37,784 nt of DNA from Chiloscyllium plagiosum (GCF_004010195.1 NW_025215023.1:21245-59028), one strand, 5' to 3'; numbered from the stretch's first letter, positions 11,791-23,118 are shown. Numbers and translations are program-made. Notes: generated by a model not told the origin, from the sequence alone.

Positions 11791-12487
11791 TGTTCTGGAC
11801 CAGGACAGACCCCCCTCGAAACATTTCAAGAAAGTATCCTGGACCCTAACTTTGCTCGTTGTTTTAAGCAGGTGCAGAGTGGCTACTCCAGGACTGTTGC
11901 AGCTGACCCAACCACTTAGTTTTAAACAAAACACAATTTATTTACAAGATTACCACATGACACATAACCAAAAGAGTACAGAATACTGAATAACTTATCC
12001 TATCCAAAAACTCAGCAGATTATCCCAGCTTCATGATGCTGTTCCAAATACGTGCAACAATCCTTATAGAAACCCCCTTGCCACAAAAGGTAAAATCAAA
12101 CACAGGGTCTTACAGGAGAGAGAGAGAGAGAGAGACAGAGAGAGAGAGAGATGGCAGCGTGGAACACCGTCTTCCCTGGAGCCGTTCCTTACACCAACAG
12201 CCTCAAACTGCCTGACTGCTTTCAATGAACAGCCAGCCTGCTAAACATCAAATCAAACCAGAGAAAAGCTGAGCTGGGAGAAATGGCCACTCCCCTTTTC
12301 GTTGGACAAGTGGTTCTTGTAAAACACCTGACAGCCTTCTGCCTGAGGCAGTATCTGTTAACTATAAACATATTGGCGCTAAAATGCTTCAAACCCAGCC
12401 CTTTCGGAATCGCTGTTTTTACGACCTCTCTCACAAAAAAAAAAGCCAAGGACAGTATAATCTTGTTAAAGGAGTAGCGTTGTCACC
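11791..12487 (-). mobile_element. Solo LTR (~0.7 kb, probably Gypsy/ERV type)
   Basis: Starts TGTTCT and ends TGTCAC(C); flanked by direct repeat CCCAA (11786-11790, 12487-12491); minus-strand AATAAA at 11937-11942; internal (GA)n. Confidence 0.7.
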
Positions 12488-12528
12488 CCAAGACCAGTGG
12501 GCTAACATTGACCACAAAGAAAGAGCTT

Positions 12529-12834
12529 GGGCAGCACGGTGGCTCAGTGGTGAGCACTACTACCCCACAGCGCCAGGGACCCGGGTTCGATTCCAGCCTC
12601 AGGCAGCTGTCTGTGTGGAGTTTGCCCATTCTCCCCGTGACTGCATGGGTTTCCTCCAGGTGCTCCGGTTTCCTCCCACAGTCCAAAGATGTGCAGGTTA
12701 GGGTGAATTGGCCGTGCTAAATTACCCGTAGTGTTAGGTGTAGGGGAATGAGTCTGGGTGGGTTGCTCTTCAGAGGGTCAGTGTGGACTGGTTGGGCCAA
12801 AGGGCCTGTTTCCACACTCTAGGGAATCTAATCC
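12529..12834 (+). mobile_element. HE1-type tRNA-derived V-SINE, full length
   Basis: A box TGGCTCAGTGG 12540-12550, B box GGTTCGATTCC 12584-12594, V-domain TGTGTGGAGTTTGC...GGTTTCCTCCCACAGTCCAAAGA, CR1-shared 3' end, flanking repeat AAAGAGCTT (12520-12528, 12839-12847). Confidence 0.95.
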
Positions 12835-12847
12835 AGAAAAAGAGCTT

Positions 12848-12995
12848 ACATTTCCATAGCACCTTTCAAATCCCTCAGGGTGCCCTCAAATAATTTATGT
12901 GGGCGTGGTCATTTTTGTAAGCGTACTGACATACTCCCACAAACAGGGCGCTGACAGTCTGCGTTTTCTCCTGTTGGTTGACCGTTAGGATTTGA
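12848..12995 (-). mobile_element. Old Deu-domain/L2-tailed SINE relic (SacSINE1-like); further pieces probably at ~13895-14020
   Basis: CATTTCCATAGCACCTTTCA...TCCCACAAACAG...TGTTGGTTGA resembles the reverse-complement consensus as I recall it; highly diverged. Confidence 0.45.
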
Positions 12996-12999
12996 TATT

Positions 13000-13171
13000 A
13001 GAAAGTGAGGCCTGCAGATGCTGGAGATCAGAGTCGAGAGTGTGGTGCTGGAAAAGCACAGCTGGTCAGGCAGCATCCGAGGAGCAGGAGAATCGACGTT
13101 TCGATCATGAGCCCTTTCCCTGATGAAGGGTTCATGCCCAAAACATCGACTCTCCTGCTCCACACTCTCGA
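13000..13171. mobile_element. Penelope-like pseudo-LTR with inverted partial copy; CpG-decayed hammerhead at 13120-13147 (+)
   Basis: AGAAAGTGAGGCCTGCAGATGCTGGAG...GACGTTTCG followed by CTGATGA-A-GGGT-TCAT-GCCC-AAAA-CATC. Confidence 0.8.
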
Positions 13172-13645
13172 TTAAGAAAGAGTTGGCGAGTGTTTTGAGA
13201 AACATTTAAGGTAGCCAATTCCCCCCCAGGGCCTGATGGGATCTATCCCAGGATACTGAGGGAGGCAGGAAGGGACATTGCTGGGGCCTGTAGGTGATCT
13301 GATTAGTAAGTTTAAAGCCACAAACATCGATGAGGTTGTGGATAGTGAGGAAGGCTGCAAAAGGATAGAGGAGGATATCGATATGGTTGGAAAGTTGGGC
13401 AGAGCAGTGGCAGCTGGAGTCTAATCGAGGAAATTGTGAAGAAAGGATTCTGGACAGGTCAAATGCAGGAGGAAATTCCAATGGCAGGATCCTTTGGAGC
13501 GTTGATGTCCAGAGGGATCTTGGGTTGCAGGTCTGGAGCTCCCGGAAAGTGGCAACAGAAGTGGATAAGGTGGTAAAGGAGGCATAGGGCGTGTTTGCCC
13601 TCACCGTTCAGGTGGCAAGTCATGTTGCAGCTGTGCAGAACCCTC
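13172..13645 (+). mobile_element. Internally deleted, degenerate CR1 ORF2 relic
   Basis: PGPDGIYPRILRE segment joined to VVDSEEGC..IEEDID..ESWAEQWQLE and QRDLGLQV..KVATEVDKVVKEA. Confidence 0.8.
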
Positions 13646-13729
13646 TGAAGGGGACCCCATCTGGATCCACCCCATCCCTATGCATTCCCCGTGGCTAACC
13701 CACCTAACCTGCACATCCCCGGACAGTAT

Positions 13730-13860
13730 GGAGTGTGGTGCTGGAAAAGGGGCTGACTGTGGTGCCTCATCACTCCTGATGAAGGGCTCCGGCCCGAAAC
13801 GTCGACCCTCCTGCTCCTCGGATACCGCCTGACCTGCTGTGCTTGTCCAGCACCACACCC
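13730..13860. mobile_element. Penelope-like pseudo-LTR remnant with short inverted ends
   Basis: GTGTGGTGCTGGA...TCCAGCACCACAC brackets a hammerhead core. Confidence 0.8.
13774..13805 (+). ncRNA. Minimal type I hammerhead ribozyme motif, intact core, sense to the meis gene
   Basis: TC-CTGATGA-A-GGGC-TCCG-GCCC-GAAA-CGTC-GA: perfect 4-bp stem II, ACGU palindrome, 2-bp stem I. Confidence 0.72.
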
Positions 13861-14111
13861 GCGATAGGATTTGATGTCTTCCCGTCGATTGGCGCCGTGA
13901 GATCTTCCGATTTTCTGGAAGAGGGAGCTCTGTCAGTGGAGCCCCTCCCCCCCCACCCCCCCCAAATTTCCCACCCACAGTACTGCCCTCAGGAAAGGGG
14001 GAGGTCGACTTAGATTATCCACAGGAGAGAGACCGGGCCATGACCGGGGGAGCTGTGGGAGACTGCTTCCTCATCCAACCTGCTGACCAAATACTTGAAA
14101 TGTCCTGAGCT

Positions 14112-14800
14112 TAGAAACATTAGAAACCAGGCCATTCGGCACCCTCCAGCCTAGCCCGCCATTCTAGACCACGGCATCGCAATGCCGTTTACCTGAGGGT
14201 GCGTGGAACAAGCTGCCAGAGGAAGTGGTAGTGGCAGGAAACGTTCAAAAGACAGGGCAGGAAAGGTTTAGAGGGATACGGGCCAAACGTGGGCAAGTGG
14301 GAATTGTTCAGTTCAGGAAACCTGGACTGGTTTAGGCCGAAAGGCCTGTTTATGCACTGCGTGACTATGATACCATTTCCCGTGCTATCCCCATGTTTGT
14401 TTGAATCCTTCAATACCTAGAAAGCTGTCACTCTCGCTCTTTTGAGTGACTGAGCTTCCCCGGCCGTCTGGGGTAGGAAATTCCAAAGGTTCACCCCCCC
14501 CCCCCTCTCCAGAGTGAAGAAACCCCTGGCCATCTTTTGACTCAATGAAGCTGTTTCCATCCCCTGGTTCCTGTCCTCAGCCGGTCAGTCAGAGTGAGGT
14601 AGCCTTTCTAACATCCCTCAGACGGTCCTACGGCCCTTCATTGGGAACCATGTTTCACTCTTCCAACCTCAGGATACAGGCCCGGCCTTCTCAATATCTC
14701 CTCTCCAAACAGTCCCTTTCTCTCAGGAACTCCCCTTCTTGAGGTTAAACTGGTTCTGTAAGAATGGTGTTGGATGGCCATTGAATGACGTACATCAAAC
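14112..14800. mobile_element. Old minus-strand CR1 3' end (14112-14175, 14373-~14800) split by a plus-strand CR1 3' fragment (14190-14372)
   Basis: GGCCATTCGGCACC.. start; insert GTGGAACAAGCTGCCAGAGGAAGTGG...GGCCTGTTTATGCACTGCGTGACTATGAT; resumption with GAAATTCCAAAGGTTCACC. Confidence 0.65.
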
Positions 14801-14859
14801 TTATTTTTAAACACGCGTGACTTGGCTTCAGAGCCTGACCCGAAAGGCTTCTCTCTTTC

Positions 14860-15490
14860 CAAAGATCATAATTAATCACTCTCCGGCACCATCTCTGAGG
14901 ATACTTTTGTGCTTTCACAGGGTTCACATTGGGTTACAGCTGTCACGATCCCATTTGTTATGCGGTTATTTGCAATTGGAAACAGAGGGGTTGGGGAGGG
15001 CGGGGGGGAAAGGAGGGCAGCATGACCCAGCCCGGTATCCCATGGCAACCCCCCCGGGGGCCTATCCTGCTGTCGGGCCTTGGAGTGCGGACAGAGGCCT
15101 GCGCTCTCTGAACAGGCCCCTACATCCGTCACCCAGCTGTCAACTGCCAGTGACACAGGGCTCAGTGTTTGGGGCAGGGGGTTCCAGGGCTCATCCATCA
15201 CAGGCCTGTCAGATAAGAAGCAGAGAGGCCATCGAAGCCACGGCCTGGAAAAGGCCGCGGGCCCGATCTCTTCTTTCTGTTCCCCCCCCCCCCCCCCCCC
15301 ACCCCCAGCTTTCTGTAAAAGGATCATAGTGTTACCTGCCATCTGTTGACACCACCCTCTCAGTTGGTTGAGAAAAGAAAAGGCACATTCAGTCTGTAAG
15401 GAGCTGGCTGAAGTTGTGATTTTCAGTGGCCGGGCTGCAGACCTCTTTAAAGCCCCCCTGCCACCCCAGGCATGGGTTTGACAGGAGTCA
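14860..15490. promoter_or_regulatory. Candidate PBX-HOX/MEIS (TALE) enhancer in unique sequence
   Basis: TGATNNATKR matches at 14869-14878 (-, TGATTAATTA) and 15191-15200 (-, TGATGGATGA); CTGTCA/TGACAG at 14940, 15137, 15206 and 15479. Confidence 0.5.
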
Positions 15491-15639
15491 CCCATTCCGC
15501 CCCCTACCTCACACCTTTCGTGTCTGTTCGATTCAGGTACAGCACCAATTGGCTGGCTCTCAGCTGGAAAGTTTTTTTTTTAAATCAGCGCTGGCTAAGG
15601 CATTTGTGTGGCGCCCTCCACATCCTCGAATGCAGTTGA

Positions 15640-15773
15640 GCTCCAAGTCGGGGTTGTAGTGTCAGGAAATACAATTGGCGCACAGCAAGATGCTACAACA
15701 AGCAACACCTGGTGAATTTTTTATTTTTTTTTATGACACCTGAGGGACTGACATTGACTGGGATGCCAGGGAG
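15640..15773 (-). mobile_element. Old Deu-domain SINE relic
   Basis: CAATTGGCGCACAGCAAGATGCTACAACAAGCAA...TGAGGGA resembles the SacSINE1/AmnSINE-type consensus as recalled. Confidence 0.45.
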
Positions 15774-16032
15774 AGTCATAGAGATGTACAGCACGGAAAC
15801 AGGCCCTTCAGTCTAACACATCCACACCGACCAGATATCCCAACCCAATCTAGTCCCACCTGCCAGCACCCGGCCCATATCCCTCCAAACCCTTCCTATT
15901 CATATACCCATCCAAATGCCTCTTAAATGTTGCAATTGTACCAGCCTCCACCACTTCCTCTGGCAGCTCATTCCATACACGTACCACCCTCTGCGTGAAA
16001 AGGTTGCCCCTTAGGTCTTCTTTTATATCTTT
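15774..16032 (-). mobile_element. CR1/HER1-type LINE 3' end running into gap
   Basis: Near-identical reverse complement of ~2030-2285. Confidence 0.95.
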
Positions 16033-16521
16033 NNNNNNNNNNNNNNNNNNNNNNNNNNNNNNNNNNNNNNNNNNNNNNNNNNNNNNNNNNNNNNNNNNNN
16101 NNNNNNNNNNNNNNNNNNNNNNNNNNNNNNNNNNNNNNNNNNNNNNNNNNNNNNNNNNNNNNNNNNNNNNNNNNNNNNNNNNNNNNNNNNNNNNNNNNNN
16201 NNNNNNNNNNNNNNNNNNNNNNNNNNNNNNNNNNNNNNNNNNNNNNNNNNNNNNNNNNNNNNNNNNNNNNNNNNNNNNNNNNNNNNNNNNNNNNNNNNNN
16301 NNNNNNNNNNNNNNNNNNNNNNNNNNNNNNNNNNNNNNNNNNNNNNNNNNNNNNNNNNNNNNNNNNNNNNNNNNNNNNNNNNNNNNNNNNNNNNNNNNNN
16401 NNNNNNNNNNNNNNNNNNNNNNNNNNNNNNNNNNNNNNNNNNNNNNNNNNNNNNNNNNNNNNNNNNNNNNNNNNNNNNNNNNNNNNNNNNNNNNNNNNNN
16501 NNNNNNNNNNNNNNNNNNNNN
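16033..16521. other. Assembly gap (N)
   Basis: N run. Confidence 1.
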
Positions 16522-17159
16522 AGGGAGTGGGGGGAGGGGGGGGGGGAGGGAGGTGAATGAGCGGAGGGGATGTGAGGGGAAGGGGAGTGAGGGGAGGGAG
16601 AGGGAGCGTGGGGGAGGGGCGGCGAGGGAGTGATGGGGAGGGAGGGGAGGGGGATGGGCTGACTGGCAGCCGGGACATGGACTGACCGGGAGGCAAACTA
16701 ATGAAGGGAGTTTGCCGGCAGACTGTAGGAGGAGGGTGCGTTAACCAAATGGGGTGAACCACAATCAGGTCCCTTTCCAAGTTTGCCCTCACCGGCGTTA
16801 TTTGTGACTGGAGTCACGTGTGTCTACCAGTCTGGAGCTGGGAGGCTGGGGGTGGGCATTCTGAGGGAGGGGTGTTCCTGAGGAAATGATCCTCTTTCCC
16901 AGCAGCCTTTTGGCAAAGCAGCTAGGTTTGTTTTGGTTTGAAACTTGTACTGGCTTCAGTTTTCTAATTTTGCGACGTGGATGGACGTGAGCGTTCTTGG
17001 AAAAGAGGGTGACCAGTCCACGGGCCTCCCCCGAGATTCCCATCGATCGAGGGCCCAGCAATCTCCATCTCCTGACACCATAATCCAAGTGGGTTCCATG
17101 TTGTCCACAACCCCAGACTTTAACCGAGGTTGGGGGGGGGGGGGGGCGCGATGGAGGCC

Positions 17160-17510
17160 CAGTGCTAATGTCACTCGTAATCCTCAGACACTGGCTGATG
17201 ATGTGGAGGCCATGGGTTCAAATCCCACCCCCGAAACTGATGGAATTTAAAGTCGGTTAATCGTTCTTGAATTGACTTAATCATGGTGGTCACGGCGGCC
17301 ATCTTTGTTTTCAAAACCCATTCTGGTTCACTGATGCCCTTCAGGGCTCGAACACTGCCGTCCTTACTGGGTCTGGTCTACATGTGACTCCAGACCCATG
17401 GCAATGGGGTTGACTCTCAACTGCCTTCTGGAAAGGCCTCACAAACCACTCAGTTTGAGGGTAGTTAGAGACTGGCGACAAATGCCCACAGCCCCATGGA
17501 AGCGTAATTG
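17160..17510 (+). mobile_element. Second tRNA-derived SINE family, degenerate
   Basis: B-box-like GGTTCAAATCC; core CTGCCGTCCTTAC..GTCTGGTCTACATGTGACTCCAGACCC shared with 17942, 20305, 24383 and 32440; 3' end resembles that of the LINE at 19128. Confidence 0.7.
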
Positions 17511-17941
17511 GAGGAAACGTGTTAGAATGTGTTGGGTTGGAAGACTGAGGGGTGGGCAACCAATGGAAGTTAAGGAATAGATCAGCTGAGAGCTAGCTGA
17601 ATGATAGAACGGCCAAGGAAGGGCTGAAAGGCCTCTACCTTCCCCTGTCGTTCACTGACCCCAGGTTGACCTCTGTTACTTGGGGGTCTAACTTGATGAC
17701 CAGGCTTGAGGCAAGCCGCCATATACTTTTGCCTCAACCCCCAGTAAAGAGCAGAGGACCAGGAAGACTGCCCCCATGCCAAGGCCAGCACTTCCTTGGC
17801 ATTCCACTGATGGTTAAGACTCATGCAAGCATTGTCCCTCTCTTCCTGGTGGTCAGTGCATGATGTATCAGGAGACTGGGGTCAATGGGCTCCAGCCACT
17901 GCTGACCAATGGACATGGCCGCCATTTTGCTTCCACGTTTG

Positions 17942-18250
17942 GTCGTGTTATCGCTGGACTGTTAATCCAGAAACCCTGGCAGTGTTCTGAGTTCAAATCC
18001 TGCCACGGCAGACGGTGGAGTTTGAATTCAATAAAAGAAAATCTGGAATTAAGAGTTTAATGATGACCATGAACCCATTGTCGGGAAAACCCCACTCGGT
18101 TCACTAATGTCGTTTTGGGAAGGAAATCTGCCATCCTCACCTGATCTGGCCTGCACATGACTCCAGACCTACAGCAATGGGGTTGAATCTTAACTGCCCT
18201 CCCGGCAATAAATGCTGCCCTAGTCAGAGACACCCTCATCCTGCGAATGT
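17942..18250 (+). mobile_element. Second SINE family copy
   Basis: GAGTTCAAATCC...GGAAGGAAATCTGCCATCCTCACCTGATCTGGCCTGCACATGACTCCAGACC...GGCAATAAATGCTGCCCTAG. Confidence 0.75.
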
Positions 18251-19127
18251 GTAAATGGATCTGCCAATGGAGCGCTCTATATGACTGAGAGGGGCAAGAT
18301 CAAAAGTCACAATTATTCAATGAGGGAAGAGCTGGGTTCCCTCGTTGAGAGGCAGTGCCCTGTTCATGCCAAGCGTCCCTCAAATCACAACACGGGAACA
18401 ATCGGGGGGCGTTAGTGGGGCACGGTTGCTATGTCATTGTCCAGCACCACTTCTGCCTCAACCCCTCGCCGATTTATCAGGAAATTTCCATGAGTCAGAG
18501 AGTCCAGGACAAGGGGACATGGGTCAACAATCAGGGGAATTGCATTTTAAACTGAGGTGAGGTGCCTAGTCCCCCCTCAGGGGGGACTCCCCTCCTCCCT
18601 GCTTCCAACAATCAAGGCTGGCTCGTTCAATTTATTCAAGGGCTGTGGGAGACTGAGGATTAACGAGGAGGTCAAAGGTGACGGGCAGCAGTTGAGGCAA
18701 TATTCAGATCAGCCATGGAGTGGTGGAGCAGGCTCGATGGGCCGAAGGGCCTACTCTGATTCCTGTTTCTTGTGTTCCTGTGGAACAGCGAGTGGGGTCA
18801 GAGTCACCAAATCCGCCCGGAGACTCCATCACATGGCTCCCGCGATTGGCTCGCTCTTCAGTCACATCACCTCCCCTCAGCCTATCAGGAAGAAGACAAG
18901 GCTTTTATAACTAATAAGCAAATGTGTTCAAAGAGAATGGGCAGGTAGGCTCTTGTTTCATACCTACCTAATATCCACCCCCCTCTCCCACTCCCACCCC
19001 AGACACTGCAGTACCCTGGAGATTAACCTGGATATTTCAGGTCAATCCTGAAGGAATCGGAAACTCCCAATGGGTGTGTGGTAGGTCTCCATAAGACTCT
19101 ATACCATCACACGAGTTAGGAATATGA

Positions 19128-19615
19128 GGGAATACTCCCCACTTGCCCCTGGATGGGAGCAGCTCCAACAACACTCAAGAAACTCGACACCATCCAGGAC
19201 AAAGCAGCCCCCCGCTTGGTTGGCACCACACCCACAAACATCCCCTCCCTCCCCCACCGACGCTCAGTAGCAGCAGGGTGTACCATCTACAAGATGCACT
19301 GCAGCAATTCACCAAAGATCCTCAGGCAGCACCTTCCAAACCCACGACCACTTCCATCTAGAAGGACAAGGGCAGCAGATACAGGGGACCACCACCCCTT
19401 GCCAGTTCCCCTCTGAGCCCCTCACCATCCCGGCTTGGAAATATATCGCCGTTCCTTCAGTGTCACTGGGTCAGAATCCTGGAATTCCCTCCCTCAGGGC
19501 ATTGTGGGTCAACCCACAGCACACGGACTGCAGTGGTTCAAGAAGGCACCTCACCCCCACCTTCTCAAGGGGGCAACTAGGGACGGGCCCTGCCAGTGAC
19601 ACCCACATCACGACA
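19128..19615 (+). mobile_element. CR1/L2-group LINE (second family) 3' end
   Basis: EYSPLA/WMGAAPTTLKKLDTIQDKAA...SLPHRRSVAAGCTIYKMHCSNSPKILRQHLP with frameshifts; typical non-LTR RT C-terminal region. Confidence 0.85.
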
Positions 19616-20304
19616 ATTAAATCTAACATGCGAACAAAAATACGCCATTCAGCCCATCAAATCTGCTCTGGCATTCAATGAGATCAGGGCAATCTCATAA
19701 TACTCCAGTCCCCTTTCGCTCCATAACCCTCAAATCCCTCATAAATGAGGAATTTCTTGATCTCAGCCTTGAATAATGACCCAGTCAGTGCAGCTCTCTG
19801 GGGTGAACAATCCCACTCCTTCCCTGGTACCGGTTGCGATAGGACTTGACCTAGTTCCTATTCAGTCAGGCACGGGTAGGGAAACTCCTCAGAAGTTAGC
19901 TCTCCAACCAATTCCGGGCCCTTGTCAGTGGGAGTGTGTGGAGTCGATCTGTCGGAAGGGTGTGTCAGGAACTGCACGCGATGTGAATGTTGGGAGGGGG
20001 GGACCTCAACAAGAACAGTCCCCTCAGACCCGTGTCCAGCTTCCTCCTCCCCTCCCTGTCCCTGTACTTGGAAAGAAAGATACAAAGTTTTAAAAATACA
20101 AATCTTGCTCGACAAGGGGTCAGCACGCCCAATGGAATGGGACTCCCTGGGAATTGTTCTTGTTGTCTGAATGCCTCAATATTGTAAAATCACCCTGCAC
20201 TGCGCATATTTGCGCGACATATTTGTCATTAGTTACATCGACGTTCTATATTGTATGTCAGAATGTATTGCTCTATTAATTAATCCAGGCGACATGTTGG
20301 TCGC

Positions 20305-20655
20305 TAATGCCACTGGTCTAGTGATCCACTAACGTTCCAGGGATTATCCGTGCCAGATGGTGACATTCAAATTCAGTAAAAAACTGGAATTGAATGTTAA
20401 CATAATAGCAATCACAGTCCATCATTTATAGAAACCCATCTGACTCATTAATGTGTAGGTTAGGTGCAGGGTTACAGTAGGGAGGTGGGTCTAGGTGGGA
20501 TGGTCTTCAGGGAGTCGGTGTGGATGTAATGGGCTGAATGGCCTGCTTCCACACTGTAGGGATTCTATGATTAACATCATTGAGGGAAGGAAATCTGCCG
20601 TCTTTACCTGGTCTAGTCTACACATGGTTCCAATGGGATTGCCTCTCAACTGCCT
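20305..20655 (+). mobile_element. Second SINE family copy interrupted by an HE1-type tail fragment (~20452-20570)
   Basis: AAACCCATCTGACTCATTAATG | insert | TTGAGGGAAGGAAATCTGCCGTCTTTACCTGGTCTAG. Confidence 0.65.
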
Positions 20656-20659
20656 ACAA

Positions 20660-20912
20660 ATCCCTGGGCACTATGGATAATTTAACATGGCCAATCCACC
20701 CTAACCTGCACATCCCTGGGCATTATGGGAAATTTAGCATGGCCAATCCACCCTAACCTGCACATCTTTGGACTGTGAGAGGAAACCGGAGCACCCAGAG
20801 GAAACCCACGCAGACATGGGGAGAATGTGCAAACTCCACACAGTTAGTCGCCCGAAGCTGGAATCGAACCCGGGTCCCTGGCGCTGTGAAGCAGCAGTGC
20901 TAACCATTGAGC
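20660..20912 (-). mobile_element. HE1-type V-SINE 5' part with two copies of internal ~52-bp repeat
   Basis: GGAATCGAACC (B box rc), V-domain rc, duplicated CATGGCCAATCCACCCTAACCTGCACATC. Confidence 0.9.
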
Positions 20913-22300
20913 TCTTGTTCCGCCATTTTCCCTTTGGAGGTGGGGGAGGGGGCTGATTGGGGTGGGGGTAGTGGGGTGAGATTTGTGGCGAGTTGCTTTT
21001 GGCAAGTAGACCACTGCGTTGCCCCATCTCCACAACCCCCCCCCCCCCCCCCCGAATTCAGCGCCCACCCCTGGGTTAAATTAGGTAAACTTTGTCCTGG
21101 TTCAGGTGAGTGTGCCAGGCAATCCATCTGGATTGGGAACATGGCACAAGAGGGTGGTACTTGAAGATGTTGATTGGCGAGCTGAGGGGGGTGGGGAGGG
21201 GGTTAGTGTCTGAGAGAACTGTGTGGGGATTTGGTTGGGGAGGGGCGTGAAGTGAGTGAAGACGGAGGGGTGGATTGGTCAAACAAGGCAGAGGAATGTG
21301 AAGCATTCGATAGGCTAGTGAAGGGGTTGGCTTCTGCCAATGACCAGGCAGGACTCAGAGAGAGCGGGAACAGCAACTGTGGCCTGGTGAGGGGAGGGCA
21401 CAACTCTGGAGACAATCCAACAGACCTTTACGCAAATTCAATAATCTTTCTAATTAAAGCTGCTTTAAGCTCCCCAGTAGTGCCACAGGCAGGTTAATCT
21501 CCCCATTCCCAGAGAGAGCTGTAGGGTTTCAGACCTCCCGACTTGCACTGAGGTGGAAGGGTTGCCCGAACTTCAACCCACACCCTGGGAGGCTGTCAAA
21601 TCTCATCTTCTGTTTCCTCCAACCGCCTCCCTCTTCTTTCCACACCCACTCCCTCCATTACTGGGCAACGGCCCTCATACTCTCCCTGAACCGAGGGTCT
21701 TTGGGCTGTCAGGTGACCCCCCCCCCCCTCCCCTCACTGCGACGGCTAAGTGAAGGATGGTTTTCTTGATATGGGGCAATGACATTCGAGCTCGTTAGCA
21801 GATATCTCCGCAGGAATAAAGAAACAGAATTGAATTTCTACCAGTGTAATTTCCTCTCGGATTAGGGACTGTCTGAGTGAGCTGTCAGTGCTCCATTCTT
21901 CTGTGAAGGAGTGAGGTTATTAGACTATTTAAATATTACTTGGAAAACCAGACTGCTGGTAATTTAATTTTCCACCGTGACTAATATGCAGCTGTATCTC
22001 CGTTCTTAATTATTCCAACTTCAATACACATTGCGTTCTCTCCCTGGTTAGAATTGCCTGGCCAGCCTCAAAACGTCTCCTAAGCTCTGACTTTGCCCAT
22101 CTCTTTTCCTGAGGGAACTCGGATGTAGTGGTTGCCGTCCATGGATTGGTTGCCGTGGTACCTGCCAGTCTGTCGTCAAGGTACCCACGGTCTCGTCACC
22201 ATGGGGCTCATGTCAGTGATATAACCCGCGGTATCCATGGGTCAGTTGCCGTGGCACACACCCATCAGTTGCCACGGATCCCACCGGCCAATTGCCCTGG

Positions 22301-23118
22301 TCAGAGGTAAAGTCGCCATAATATTACCGGATCATGGGGACGCTCTCTCTCGTTCATGAAAAAAAAGACTGGTGCTGGTTTAAGCTGAAGGTCACTAAGC
22401 CCTAGATGAGGGAGAGATTGAGAAGGAGAGTATATAAAAGCAGGGATGTACTTCCAAGGCTCTCTAAGGCTCTGGCCAGGCCACATTTGGAGCATTGTGC
22501 ACAGTTTTGGGCCCCATATCTCAGGAAGGATGTACTGGCCTTGGAGTGTGTTCAGATGAGGTTCACGAGAATGGTCCCAGGACTGAGAAGTTTAACATCT
22601 GAGGAATGTTTGAGGACTCTGGGTCTATGCTCAATGGAGTTTAGAAGAATGTGTAGAGGGATGGGGGGGGGGGGGGGGTGGAATCTAATTAAAACTTACA
22701 GAATACTGAATAACCTGGACAGAGTGGATGTTGGGAAGATTTTTTCCATTGGTAGGAGAGACTAGGACCCGAGGGCACAGCCTTACAATAAAGGGAAGAC
22801 CTTTTAGAATGGAGATAAGGAGAAACTTCTTCAACTAGAGAGGGGGGAGTCTACAGAATTCACCGCCACAGAAGGCAGTGGGGGCCAGGACATTGAGTAT
22901 ATTTAAAATGGAGATTGATAGGTTCTTGATTGTCAAGGGGATCAAGGGTTACGGGGAGAAAGTGGGAGAATGGGGCCAAGAAGCCTATCAGCCATGACTG
23001 AGTGACAGAGCAGACTCGATGGGCTGAATGGCCTAATTTGTGCTCTAGTGTCTTATGGTCTCCTGGAGAGCCCTTCAGGCTAACTTCAGCTGGTGTGGGA
23101 GTTGAAGCCACAGTGTTG
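22301..23118 (-). mobile_element. Third SINE family copy (pieces 22301-22430 and 23065-23118)
   Basis: AGAGGTAAAGTCGCCATA...GAGATTGAGAAGG resumes as GAGCCCTTCAGGCTAACTTCAGCTGGTGTGGGAGTTGAAGCC (B-box-like rc). Confidence 0.6.
22431..23064 (+). mobile_element. CR1-type LINE 3' part
   Basis: YKSRDV...LARPHLEHCAQFWAPYLRKDVLALECVQMRFTRMVPGL; 3' end GGGCTGAATGGCCTAATTTGTGCTC..TCTTATGGTCT; flanked by GGAGAG at 22425-22430 and 23065-23070. Confidence 0.9.

Noticed and set aside
12529..12600. tRNA genes at the A/B-box sequences (also 24712, 33176, 34900)
   Set aside because: They continue into the V-domain and LINE-like tail, so they are SINE heads
16522..16660. G-quadruplex-forming purine tract (also poly-G/C runs at ~15281, 21035, 22663, 23809)
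   Set aside because: Low-complexity runs, often gap-adjacent and error-prone; no evidence of function
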